The notes below the pieces were generated by a model, which made no database searches, was not told the origin of the DNA, and worked only from the letters and a program-made list of their open reading frames with translations. A stretch of DNA of 64,000 nt from the NCBI GenBank assembly GCA_002633005.1, contig NMRA01000120.1, positions 62,001 to 126,000 of the forward strand. Direction: 5' to 3'. Positions 11,867-24,942 of the stretch are shown here, in pieces (positions within the stretch are counted from its first letter, which is position 1; every line of letters starts with the position of its first letter). A program made the position numbers and the translations under genes. Source of the DNA: Phoronis australis. Its lineage: Eukaryota; Animalia; Phoronida.

Positions 11867-14640
11867 CTGTCCGCATTCCTGCACACTGCGACCCACTTCT
11901 TAAATCGCTCGGGAGATTTATAATATGAAATCTGGATAAAACAATGTTAGCTGAATTAAATTTGTGCAAGAGGCATATTTTAGTTCATGGGCGATCTCCG
12001 GCTTATCAATCACACGCTGCATCCATTACTTTGGTTTGAGCTAAAAAAACAATTCCACGCACCATTCCACATTTTCCATGTAAGGGAAATGTGCTACGTT
12101 TATGTCTTGGCATACCAAATGAGACGTTCTTTGCCTTGTGGAAGAAAAATCAGCAAAGGGACGAGCAGTTGACAGATTTTTTTTGAAATTTTAAACTAAA
12201 AGAAAATGCTTTGATATCCACAGAAATTAAAAATCCTTACAAACAAACTCTAAAAACACCTGGAGTGCAGATTGAATTGTTTCAGTGGCAGAGAACCACT
12301 TTCAATATTGCACACTAAGTCTGTCTATCAAGTTCCAGGCCTCTTTAATTTAAGCAGCAGACTGTAGATTCACACTTAAGCAACACATCATTTTCCACCT
12401 GGTGTGGGTTGAAATTAATCGCAAAAATTTAAGTCACAAGCACTAGGTTAACTTTAAGTTGCTTTTGGTCTCAAAATAAATAGCCGAAGAACATTGCACC
12501 TTCAGTGAGTACTCAAGACTAATAAGCACTGGTAGTGCTTGAATAAATCAGTCAACAAGTGTTCATAATTATATTTAGTGGGAAAAAAGAAAGCATGTCA
12601 AAGCTTAAATCTACTTCTTAAGATACACTTGACTTCAAAACTCCACAGTTTTGAGTACCGCTATATTTACTATTTTTATCTGAGTCAGGGCACCAGCAGA
12701 TAATGATTTTGTGTCGGCAAATACAACACAATTGGGTCCTGGCTTATCAAATAAGATTCCTCTCTGCAAACAAATCCAGTCATATCTTTCAGCTGGTGGA
12801 AATTTTTCAAACATTGTTATGAAGCCTGTGTCAAGCAAATTCAACCCAAATTCTGTGTAGCTAGCATTCTCACAATGGGTGGGAAGGTCAAAAAACTATA
12901 TGCCACTGACTTCCAATCTCCTTTGACATAATTTAATTTAGGAGAAACATGTCAGACACAGCAATAACAAAGCAACTGTATCAACATGTACACTGGTCCA
13001 GTGTAGCACAAGGAAAACACTCAACTGTGTTTACACAATTAAACATTAATCAAATGTATAGACAGTTCACGGCAAAAAGACATTCTGTTCTAGTGTGAGT
13101 GAAAAATACATACCATAATTAAATTTCCCTTTAAGAGGCATATAGTAGGCAGAGCTACTACTACTACAAGCGTTACCCATCGAATATGAATGAATTAATT
13201 CATTTTTTTTACTGCCATGAAATTGGTCTCGATAATCCTTTCCGTGAGAAGATTCTCTTTCATCATCAACAACATAGACAATGCGAATACGTGCCATTTT
13301 CAAATTCGCGAATTTGAGGTTTGCAATTTACCGGTAATTACAACAAAAGACTCATGATCCCAGATTCAGGAAATGGATACCTTACCAATTGTAGTGTAGC
13401 ACCCTTAGTTGCTGTCTTTTTTGTCTACTTACTCACTGATTTCGGACAAATATATTTGTCAAATTGATAGTTTCCATTTCTCTAATACTTCTAGATGATC
13501 GTTGAAAGCAGCAGTTCACACACCCAACTAAGAAACAGCGACAAGGCGAAGTTGAAAACAATAAGGTGGAGTGTACATGTTCGGGATTTCAAACCGCGAG
13601 AGTAGGAGTTTATGTTGAGAGAGAGAAAATAGTGCCAGTTTTTGTAACTATCGCGATTGCCTATTATTCATTAAATTTGGTGGTAGCTATGTGGCTGGCA
13701 CTCAACTTCTCCGCCATACTGTGGACCTCTAAATTGGTGAGATTTTTCTGCAGACTACTGACATAAAAATAGCGCATCTGTAGCTAGGACACTCCAAGAA
13801 CAGTTAATTAAGTGACTCATAAAACAAAAAGAATGTTGAAATCAATAGAACACATACCATGAGTGGACCAAACTCAGCAATGTAAACACTAGCGCCTCAT
13901 TGGTGTATTTATGGACTATTGCCAACAGATATGATGTGTCAGTTGAGGAACACCTTCAGAAGAATGCCCTTGTACTTGATATTTAAACAACACATTTTAT
14001 GGTTGGACAACTATGCTATTTACAAAATCAATTTATGGAGTCAGTATGCCCACTGGGTTTTGATCCAAACACAGAATAATGGATATCTTCATCTCACTGC
14101 ACTGGGATATGACAGGAGAGACCAGACTCAAGTTGACTAAGAAATAAATAGGGGTCCCAAATTTTGAGAATACCTTTCTTCCCTGAATAACGGACCCAAC
14201 AAACCGTATCAAAATTTGGAAGCACTATACAATGTAAGTGACTATTAACCCATTATGAATGTCACCTGTACGATTTTGAATAATTGTGTTGTACTTTTTC
14301 AGTAAAAATTCATAATGTGATTGTCAAACGCAAACTCATGACTGTGAGTACTTGCATTCTTAAAATGTTTTAGTACCTTTGAAAAAATCCGTAAGATTAT
14401 TTCTTTACAGTCTCAACAGACTTTGAAAGCAGTGGGTAATAGTCACTGGGTTTCGAGAACCAGTTTTCTCCACAGAATAAGGGGCTGCAAACTGGTTCTC
14501 AAAATGCAGCACCCCTATAAGCGACCAGTGCCTCCCAGAGGATACAACAGAGACACCTACAGAATACTCTTAGTTAGAGTGGGTTTACATGGCCAGATTT
14601 CCTGTAAAAGGCACCTTGTCCAATTTAATTCCCTCAAGCC

Positions 14641-15043
14641 TGTGCACACAGACTTACTCCAGAACAACTTGTACTAGTGCAACTTGCCCCATTTTAATCT
14701 GAGCATCCACACATATCCACTATTTAGCGTACAGCATAAGTTGTTGCTCTACAAATAACAATGGACAGCTGATGCGAATACGGCACCAAAAAGAAGACTC
14801 ACATGTATGTGACTGTGCAAACACACCGCTGATAATTACTTCGTCTTGCGCCAGATTTGCGACCGCGCGACAATAAGAAATGGTAAAAATTACCCTGGAA
14901 CAAGTTACCCCACCTTGATAAGGTGGAGTAAGTTGTCACAAATGGGGCAAGTTGCACTAGTTTAAACAGTGTCCACACAGCCCTCAAATCAAGCGACAAC
15001 TCATTTTAGGAATAACTTGTTCTAGGGTTAGTCTGTGTGTACA
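14641..15043. mobile_element. MITE (family shared with 36714-37078)
   Basis: TIRs tgtgcacacagacttactccagaacaa / ttgttctagggttagtctgtgtgtaca. The interior is an inverted match to 36714-37078. Confidence 0.75.
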
Positions 15044-17091
15044 TGTAACACTAAAGGGTTCAGTTAAAGAATCAAGTTTTGCAACAGCACTGGTCTCCAC
15101 AGAAGGATTAGATGGTCTTTAAAGTGTTTGCTTTGCCAAGAGTACAATCCAAGGGTTGTTTATTGAATTTTGATATCTAAATAAGACACCAGTAGAGCTC
15201 AAAACACTACCAAAGGATTACTAATACCTTGTGTTATATTAATAGGAAAAAGTCATTGGCTCATAAGCTCCCAATGAATGGTTCCTTTTAACTGTGCTCT
15301 CTAAATACAATAGGAGCTATTTATCATGCTGACTCTCTGAAAGGATGGGCGACATGATTTTCCAGCCAGAGCACTATTCCCAGACCAGCTCAAAACCATG
15401 ACATATTTAGGACAGGAACTTTTTTATTATAAAAACTGTTGGAAACAGGTGTGTATTCATCTCATGTAATGCTTAAGTTCTTCCTACTTTTCACAGAGAT
15501 GGTATGATGATGTACAGAGAATGAAAACCAAGGGTGACAGTCTTTGAGTTGAACAGTTTATTAATGAGCGATTGTGTCAAGTGTTAATTGCAAATCAATG
15601 TATTGGTTCAGAAAGTCGAAGGAAAATATGCTCAAAAGATATCCTAGCTGTTAACAAATTAGCAGGAAACATAATCCATGTTTTGTATAGTTAAGGAAGA
15701 AACATAAGTTCAGTCTTCAATCACAAGTGATTAATGGAAAAACTTTACTGGTTTTATCTGGATCACAAGTTTCAATTTCAACACATAGAAGCTCGAAAAA
15801 ACACTTAACAACGGAGTAACACCGACACCTATTCACCTATCGCCATATCAAAATTTAATAGTCTTTGCAAGCATCCATGGAATTTTGAAAACATTTAATG
15901 TTAAATAGGGAGCCCACACACACCTAACCCTATTTATAAACATTCATTTGATGTTTGAGAGCAACATGGACCGGACCGTGCAATCAATGGAAATTTTAAA
16001 ACTATAATTAAGCACTTTTGAACAAAGGCAAATAACAAAGTGTTCATTTCTTTTTCTGCATTCCCAGAAGGTAAAATAAAAGTGTATGCAAGTGGCTATT
16101 ACTTGACTGCATTCCTTTCCCCTAGTCACAAACATGCTACCAGAGGCTAAGATAAGTCCCACTGGTATTATGGTTTGTTCTTAATATTGTGCAGCTCTAT
16201 TAAACACCCACTGCAGGGTGTTAATCTGTTTCTAAACATTACATAACATGTCACATAAAGTACTTTTGTAGAATTACCAAAATCAGAGGATTCTGCACTA
16301 CTTGAAATTTGAAGAAAGCTGTAAAAGCAAACAATTCTTGCAGCCAAACTGCAGAAGATTTATCCGCCTCTGAACTTCACAGATAGTTGCATTGTTGTAA
16401 TGAAAAACACAACTTAACATAATGTATGCGAGATATTCATGTTCATTAGCATGACTCTGGACATATCAGCCCAGAAGCAACCAATACAATGATGCTGGTT
16501 CCCTGAATACTCAGATGGCACATTTTAATACCTTGTAAGTAATTCTGAAATACATTTATCACTGACAATTTGGGAACCGACACTGATTGAGGACAAGTTG
16601 GTTCCCCGAGCTCTTACCAGCTTACTCAATTTATGTTAATTGTTTTAATTAAAACAGCTTGTACTTCCCAACATCATACCACGCCACTGATCATTATGAC
16701 ATTAGTTGAAATAAAAGTGCACACCAATCCACTAGCAATATTAGAAAGACTGTTAGTACCTGAAGAAATGGCAGTCATTGTTGACTGACATACATGGAAT
16801 ACTATACTGTGACGCCATTTTGGAATTTACACCTGAGACGGGGCCACCTTGTTTTGTGTTTATCTCATTAGGCAGACTATACCTGATTTTTAAACAGTAC
16901 TTAAGCAACAATGAGGTGGAAATGAAACACAATATCCAACCAAGACAAATAATTAGCAGTTGTTAGGAGTATACGTTTCAAATGTCACACCTGTGTTGGG
17001 TTGGGCACAACCACCGTGTTGAACACATAACAGTCAGGTCAGCTATAAATTACAACAATACATAACAGAATTCACCACAAATCGTTTACTA

Positions 17092-17235
<144 letters not shown>

Positions 17236-20200
17236 TCACAGAGATCAACTACCTGTTTCAATCCAACCATTCTAAGACCCCAACTGACACATCAACTACT
17301 TCCTTCGAATTTCTTTGAGTGGCTACCAATGGTCACACATCTTGAATTTTTATCCGGCACAAGCGATAACCTACTCCTTGAGACAGCAATCGACGGTCTG
17401 TCAGTCGTCCAACCGTTGTTGGGAGACGTTGACAAATCTTTTGAACGTGCCTGAAGAAATCTCAAATTACGACATAACGTAAGGTGTTCCGGTTTCATTC
17501 ACACGGATCCCCAGTTTTCAAACAGAAAATTTGAAAAGTACTCTCAGGACAAGGTGACTCTCTTCGACATTCCCCCTTGCAGTTTTGGGTAGCCTAACAC
17601 TAACAGTAACGTAAGCCTACTCGTGAGAACTCTTGAAAACGAAGGACAATGGTTTGTACGGTTATCCCCCTTGAAACTACGAGGGGAGAAAACTCTTACT
17701 CTGACGCCCTCAACACCCACCCGTATCTCAACACAGCATACACATTTTCCAGTATTGCTGTGTTATCGGTTTTATCAACTACACAAAATCGTAGGAAGCG
17801 AGGGTACTTCCCAACAATTATCAGGTGTCGTTGTAAAATGGTGGGTACTGGCAAAGATTTTATAGAGTATCTTTGGTACTGGCATCGGCGTTCGGCAGAG
17901 CGGCAGTCAAGAAAAGAAAGGCATGGCGAAATATGAAGAGAAAAAAAAATAAAACATGACACTAGCTAAACACCAATCTTTGGATTTACTCTTTCTGACC
18001 ACGACGTTTTGTTATAGGTCTCCATTTTTTCGCAGTATAGATCGTCTAAACGTTCTTTAAAAATATTTCTTAGTAAGAAATTCTTCGAAAACTACCGAGA
18101 AAAATCTCGTTATCCACGGACTTTCCAGAGCAATCTGATTCAGATATTCAAATTCAAGACTAAGGCAATTTTTAGGTAATGAAAAACTCCATTTCTCCAG
18201 AAACGCTTCTCTGGCGCTAAGGTAACTAGATTCATCACTCGCTCTCTTTTCCGCGTTTTTGGAATTGCATATCACTTGAGGTAATCTGACGGATAGGTAG
18301 GCCATGGCTTGAATTGCACAGAGAAAATATTTCCGTTTACAACCATAAAAGTGTCTACACTTTTCCTCAAAGTATTCCAAAATAGTATTTCTTTTGAAGA
18401 TTGTTACTAGGAAAGTATTGTTGATGAAGAGAGGGTTGTTCTTAGGAAACTCGCACGTGTCGATCAGACTGTCCGGGGTATCATTACTTGATCACCGTGC
18501 GCAGTACAGTGTGCAGGTTTAACTGATACGGAGCTCAAGTGTGACACTTGTTCATCAAACATTTCTGCGATTGTTGCAAATCAAGCATACATTCTGAAAA
18601 ATTTTTGTAAAAGGGCCTCAAAATCCGTGTGGGATGGTCATCTGACATGCCCCACCCCCCCCCCCCTCCACCCGTGGCGTTACCCGTCAAGTATCTCGGA
18701 GCATACTTTAGGAAATTCCATTGCACAATTTTCGTCCAGTGAACGTAAACACATTGTAAGGGAAGTGCACAATGATCCTCAGACCGAACATTTGAGAAAA
18801 AGACATGTTGAATTTTAAAAGTTGCCCCAGTTTCACATGAATTTAACACCAAAACCTCAATAGTTAGGTAAATTTTCAACAGTAAACTCCAACCTGTGGG
18901 GACAATGATATATTGACAATGTACGCCCATGCGCCCGGACGTTTGTTTGGATTTGAATCTTGATTCCGCAGCAAGTTTTCTGAATGTAACTCCTTGCTTT
19001 GTGCGCAGAAAACCCCGTTACTGTGAAATACGGCCATTTGATAAAGTCAACTTAACCGCCTACATTCAATTCAAAATTGACCGCGGTGTGGGCTTTTATT
19101 TTCTTATATTGTATTGCCGTGTGTCGGACTAACATGTCAAAATCATTTTCTTCTAGTCACTTGCAATCTTTCATATTCTCTTATTTAAACGTTTATGTAT
19201 TTATAAGAAAAAACAAATGATTCGTAGGCGTTTTTTGACAAATTAGATGGCAATCTTGTGAGAAATTGAACTTTGGTGCAGGTCGACATCCGGCAAAATC
19301 ATATAATCGACCTTCACACCCGATTTGAAATTGGTGTTCCGGTGAATTTGATGTAGGTTGGTAAAACACTGCCAGTTCTATATCACTTAGCCCCGGGGGC
19401 GGAGGACCAGTCATAAGAAACTTGGGTACCTGTATTTTAACCTCTGAACCGCAACGTTTCAAAATATACATTGAAAGCATGAGCCTAATAATGTGAATGC
19501 TGACCTTGAGTCTCAATTGCACTTTCCGAAGCAGAGGAGATAAAAGTGTAACTGAAGTTTTCGATACTGCTCAATTCCGCGTATTTCTCCGGATTTCGCA
19601 GCTCACTTATGTTACTGTTGGACCCCCTAAGTGGTAACTTTGATAGTACATTTTTGGCATCCTAATAAAGTGGACTTCATAAAAATATCTCTGAAGGCAA
19701 AAATCATATTCTAAACGCTTAAAGCAAGTACCGTGTTCAGCTCAGGACTAAATAGCGATTTTTTTCGTGAATTTCTTTGAAGCGCGCGTACCATAAGTTC
19801 TTAATAGCTATCTCCCCGGGGATTGACCTCCAAACAACAAAATTATCACGGCGTCTATGGGAAATCGTGAAATTGACGACACTGAACCAGGGGCCGAACT
19901 GATGGCGATAGGGAGGAGTTTGAAGATCACTTGGCGGGAACAAAACTTTAGTCGAATTACTTGGTCTAATTAGATGCTTTTTCGGAAAATTTCTAAAAGA
20001 GTCTCTGGCATTGGCGCTCTGCGGGGGTGTTTTTTTCCGATGCCTGAGAACCAGTAACTTGACTCTCCGATGACTACTTGTGAGAGCATGAAGTTGAGGC
20101 AGAGTCGAGATGCCATGTGTGAGCACGACTTTCCTCAACAGACAGACAACTACAATAGTGGTTCTACCATTAAGTGGTGACAAAACTTCTGGGTTACCAC

Positions 20201-21190
20201 CTGGGTGAATGCGTGAACTGAGAGGGGGCAGAAAGTGGCGACTACTGAGGAAGGTCGATATTAGTTGTCTCCGAGGGGTGGGGGTACACTCGCATTTTCT
20301 TCGCCCCATCCTCGTATGTCCTCTTTTTGAGTGGCAGGCCTAACTCTAGCTCTTGGCTCTCATGAGGCGCCGGGGGCACGTGCCCTTTAATTGCCCTCAG
20401 TACTGGTGCAGCTGATGAAGAGGCGGTCGGTAGAGGTGGCTTTTTTGAACTTACGGGCCGGGGTTCTTTATTGGCTGATGCTTTCGGAAATCCCCGATTG
20501 TATCTGCATCACACTTCTGATAATAAGACAAAACCACCACGCTAGACAATGTTTTACTAATATAAGAGCGTGTTAATGTCTACTTCTGAGGCCTGGCGTG
20601 TAAATAACATTATCGTGTGCAGAGATATCGGACATCCAAAACCAAGTTACCTGGGCTCAGGCAAACGCAAAAAGTGATTCTCAAGAAATTGGAAATGAAC
20701 AAAACTGCTTGCGCGCGCCGAACTTGAGAATCTTGCTTAATCTTTTTAATTTTAAAAGATTGCGTATGCCATGGAATACAGGACGAAACTTGATAATTTC
20801 ACTCAAATAATCATGTTCACGTTGATGAAAAATTGCACAGCACTAAATCAAATTACAATTTAATAAAATAAAGTAAATTTTAGCCAATCTTTTTTCAACT
20901 AATGGCGATCTTATTCACCAAACAATACGATTTAACTATTCACACATTCCTCCGAATCTTTGACACAAGTTACGCTAAAGGCTAACTGGGTCGTCATGAG
21001 TCCATGAGGCCAGTAACTACAAAAATTCTTTTCACTGAACAAAAAATTTCACCTGATTGCCTTAAATGAATATTACAAATCCAAGTTCACGCACAGCAAA
21101 ACAACTGCAATAGCACAGGTGGCGCTGGGTACAGAACGGAACATCCACTATGACCTATATATTTATCTCATTGAGGGCATCACGCAACAG

Positions 21191-21458
21191 ATGTCGCTCT
21201 TACCTGTCCTCGAGGAAGCGATGGAGTTGGATGGTGATTGTGATTTACGCGACCAAACCGCGGAAGAAGACTTGATACGATACGCAAAAGAGGGCAATAC
21301 TTGTGATGCGAAAAAACTCCTTGAACGTGGCGTGTCTGTGGATGCTAAATCTTATAACAAAAATCTATTTTATGCTTCTAAAAACTATCTGACTCCTCTT
21401 CAATGGTCCTCGCGTCGTGGCCATGTGGAATGCGTTAAATTATTCATTGAGTGGGGAG
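21191..21458 (+). CDS. Ankyrin repeat and SOCS box protein (ASB family), exon 1
   Basis: MSLLPVLEE...LIRYAKEGNTCDAKKLLERGVSVD...LTPLQWSSRRGHVECVKLFIEWG G|gtaggc; ankyrin repeats. The start codon choice (21191 vs 21221) is uncertain. Confidence 0.85.
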
Positions 21459-22494
21459 GTAGGCTTGACGTCTTTTCTAAAGTTTTACTGCTCTTGGCGA
21501 TGGGAGGACTATAACTTTGTGTTTGAGGGTGACGGGCACAAACCTGTGTTCCCTGTTAGACCATAGCAATCTTGCGTTGAGGTGTGCCGGAGCTGCAATT
21601 GGACTGGTGGTGGTGCCCCAAACCATCGTATGGCGGCGATTTGCGAAAAAACCCAATGCTAATGGCAATGCAAACATAGATTAAGTCCCCATGGGAGCTC
21701 TTTCTGAACCGAAGACTGAAAATACTTCCTATTAGGGGATTTGTTGCACAGAATGGCTAGCCACTAGGGGCACGAAAAATTCCCTGCAAGCGTATCCCTA
21801 CCTAAGCTGAGAATTGACAAGGAACTCCCGGACCGGCACACTTCTCATTCCTCAGTTTGCAGCTGCTGGTATATGATTGACATTAATCAGTCTATTGTGC
21901 TGTGAGCAGGGATGAATTAACAAAATCAGAATATTGGTTAGGAATGACTGTCTACACAATAGGTCTGAGCTGTTTTTGTGGCCTCAAATTGGGAGTAGTT
22001 ATATGTTTACTCAAGAAAAGGATAACATCAGTTAGTCAAACTGTTCCATTGAAGATACTGGCAATTTCAGAGGCAAGCCACCCAGTCAACTTTCCTGAAA
22101 CCAGTTGGGAGGTCTGTCATCAAGGTGTTATTTTCATGATGAGTTTTAACCTTTAGTCATTGACTCAAATTTGTGATGTAACACCATAACAGTAAAATAA
22201 CACATATTTTCAGAACAACGCCATTTGTGTTGTCATTTTTGTCATGTCTCAAAGATAGAAGTGTGTTTATGTCAAAGCAGTAGTGCTCAAAGCCTAGGGA
22301 GGCGATTTAATGAGAAATTGGATGTACGTGCCGACTGGGGTTACTTTTCATCTCTAACCTGCACTAATGTTGTTGACGAATATTAAGCTTTCTGATGGTT
22401 CTCGGATTTTGCCTTCCTTTAGCTGAAGATCTTCTGTCAGGCATGATCTCTAGCCAACCCCACAGTTTTGTAGTCAAATCCACGTCCTGGTATG

Positions 22495-22680
22495 AAAACG
22501 TTTTTGTGTCCCCAGCCAAGCTTATTTTTTATGTCCCTACCTAGTTCTACCTGGCTTTCCATGCTTATTTTTTGTGTCCCTACTTAGCTCTACCTGGCTT
22601 GCTGGCAAGAGACATTTTTCGTGTCCCTGTCCAACTCAGGCTTGTGGGCATGAAACATTTTTTGTTCCCCTTGCCTCAGC
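22495..22680. repeat. Degenerate minisatellite (about 40-45 bp unit, ttttttgtgtccct core)
   Basis: 4-5 recurrences of tttt(t)gtgtccc...ggctt. Confidence 0.65.
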
Positions 22681-23031
22681 TTTTATGACACAAGTCAAAG
22701 GTATAGAAAATGTATTCTTCTTGGTCTTTGGGGCAGTAATGTAGAAAAACGCCAAGTGGCTTGGAGCTATAACCACATACAGGGTTAAGCTGCCACTGGC
22801 TGAAATGCTTAATGATGGTTTTTATTTGACTACAGAAGAACGAGAGAACTTTATAATGTAGTCACAAAAGAGTATGGTTTTTATTAATTTGAATTTTTGT
22901 CATTCAATGTTATTAATTAAGAGCTATCCAAAACTGGCACTGTCAATAAATGTTTCAGTCTTCACAACTTCGAGTGTGTTTTCTGAAGCTTCTTCATCTA
23001 CTCTTTGAGTACTGAAGTAGTGGTAGACTAA

Positions 23032-23444
23032 AGTGCCGTTTACACTTACAAAGTTGACACGGATCAGCCGACACGGAACAAGTTGTTCCAGTGTGTAAAC
23101 GGACTGACACGGAGCAAATTGACACCGCGGTGACAAATTTTTGCCACCTGTTTGTGAGGTAGAGCAATTTGCGCCCGAACATGTTGTGCCGTGTCAATTA
23201 TAAGTCTAAACGCGAAACTGGAGCAAGGCGGAAAGGATCATGGCTACTGCGCTTGTGCAATGACCTACGTACGGGTTCTTTATCTCTGCAACTCTTGTCA
23301 TTTGTAAACCTGCGCATGTGCGATCCAGTCTATCCAGCCTGCAATTTCCGTCTTGCCACGGTTAGTGAGTTGTGTGTAAACGGCCGCTTGACACGGGTCA
23401 GTTTGCTCCGTGTCAGTTGCAAAAGTTGATGTCTAAACGGGACT
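23032..23444. mobile_element. PIF/Harbinger-like MITE
   Basis: TIRs agtgccgtttacac / gtctaaacgggact, TSD TAA on both sides, subterminal tgacacgg repeats. A possibly related remnant lies at about 2150-2243. Confidence 0.8.
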
Positions 23445-23957
23445 TAATGTGGCTACACTGATCTCTGACTTGACAACTAATTATATATTTAGTAGAGGAA
23501 CTGGTTTTCTTTGCTATTCAGAATCTGGTGTCGTCGTATCTGACAGAGTGTATGATTGAAATTCTAATACAGTTAACAGTCTTCAGTCAATGCAAAATTG
23601 AATTCACTTGGTTCTAAAGATTTCCATAATCTGAGCAAGTTTGGCATGTATCATATTTCTCAAATATCAGATAATGTGCTTTGTATCAAGAATCTAAAAA
23701 TGGAGTTGGTAGTTCTTAAAATTGAGGGAAATGGCCACCTACGCAATGTTCTGCAGTGTGAAACATCGAAGCGAATGATCATTTGTCATTGTTTGATTAT
23801 AAATGTTGAATTTTGGATGACCAATATTGCACACCATATTTCTAAAATTTGACTGGTTCTGATTTTAAGCAAAATGATTTATTCAAACTGTATCAAACAG
23901 GATAATTTTTGCAAAAATAGTAATATCTGACGCTTTGGTAACTTTTGTTTTTTTCAG

Positions 23958-24104
23958 CTAATGTCAACAGTAGAGACAGGTTTGATGTGACGTCAGTCCA
24001 CCTAGTGGCAGAGTGTGGCAGCTTTGACTGTCTTTCAGCGCTACTCGATGCTGGGGCTGACTGTAATGTACCGACAAAGTACTCCAAATATGGATTTTAT
24101 ACAG
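23958..24104 (+). CDS. ASB family gene, exon 2 (ankyrin repeat); missed by the ORF track
   Basis: ttttcag|(A)NVNSRDRFDVTSVHLVAECGSFDCLSALLDAGADCNVPTKYSKYGFYT|gtttgt. 147 nt, phase 1/1, in frame with the flanking exons. Confidence 0.9.
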
Positions 24105-24196
24105 GTTTGTGATAGTCGCCATACAATAAATGTATTACACAAATTATGAAATTGAATTTAAAGTTTTCGTGAATTGATTTTTTCACATACAAATCT

Positions 24197-24395
24197 CCTT
24201 ACCATGTATGCAGTCGCCATTTTTAAAGTGAGCTTCTTTTTAGGTTTTAAAAACAATGCTTTCGGCGCTTAATCCCAGGGCAAAGTGTGATTTTTTTGCA
24301 TGCCTTCTTAATATTAAATAATTTATGTCTTAAATGCATTGTTTTTTAAACGTAAGAAGAGACTCACTTTTAAGATGGTGACTGCTTGAATAAGG
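24197..24395. mobile_element. Fold-back MITE with long imperfect inverted repeats
   Basis: gcagtcgccatttttaaagtgag...taaaaacaatgc pairs with gcattgttttttaaa...ctcacttttaagatggtgactgc. Confidence 0.75.
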
Positions 24396-24714
24396 TCTAT
24401 AGGCTGTCTAAGGACAGGAATTCTGTTCATATGTACGTAGACTACTAATTAATTTTGATTTCTTGAAATGTACAGTTTATGTTTTTGTTTCTTGGGATTT
24501 TTTTGAAACAGAGCAGAAAATACTCGATACTTTTTAAGTAAAACTGTTTGGGTTAACTATTTCTATATAATCGCTGTCTTATTCAGTTTTCAGGAGACAT
24601 TCATAGACATGAACATGCCTAACACATGCCTAGCTTCTTTTTCGAGCCTGTATTACACTGGCCACCCTTTAAAGGCAGGGCATTTATTAAAGAAGAACTG
24701 GTATCCTATTGCAG

Positions 24715-24942
24715 CCTATCCGCATGCTGGTGGAACCACGGCCCTGCACCTGGCTGCCAAAAATAATCACATAGACTGCGTGAAGGAGTTAATTATTAAT
24801 GGTGCCGATTACAATGCAGTTGATGAGCACGGCCGAACGAGCCTGTACATCGCTGCGGAGATGGGCCATGAGGAGTGTCTGATAACTCAGTTACAGAATG
24901 CCATCGGTCGGGACATACTGTCATTACCAATCAAAGACACAG
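24715..24942 (+). CDS. ASB family gene, exon 3 (two ankyrin repeats)
   Basis: ttgcag|(A)YPHAGGTTALHLAAKNNHIDCVKELIINGADYNAVDEHGRTSLYIAAEMGHEECL...KDT|gtaaca. 228 nt, phase 1/1. Confidence 0.9.

Noticed and set aside
19737-20309. 190-aa minus-strand ORF in the PARD3/ASB spacer
   Set aside because: No recognisable domain and no splice context. It lies in GC-rich DNA that looks like repeat fragments, where long ORFs arise by chance.
19870-20560. GC-rich segment as RNase P/MRP, 7SK or telomerase RNA
   Set aside because: I found no telomeric template (CTAACCCT) and no complete conserved motif set. An Rfam search would be needed to exclude it fully.
23996-24013. CTCF-like motif ccacctagtggcag
   Set aside because: It lies in ASB coding exon 2 (VHLVAE) and is explained by the protein sequence.
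24701-24710. U12-type donor-like GTATCCT
   Set aside because: It sits within the acceptor region of ASB exon 3 with no in-frame upstream exon. All reconstructed introns look like ordinary GT-AG.
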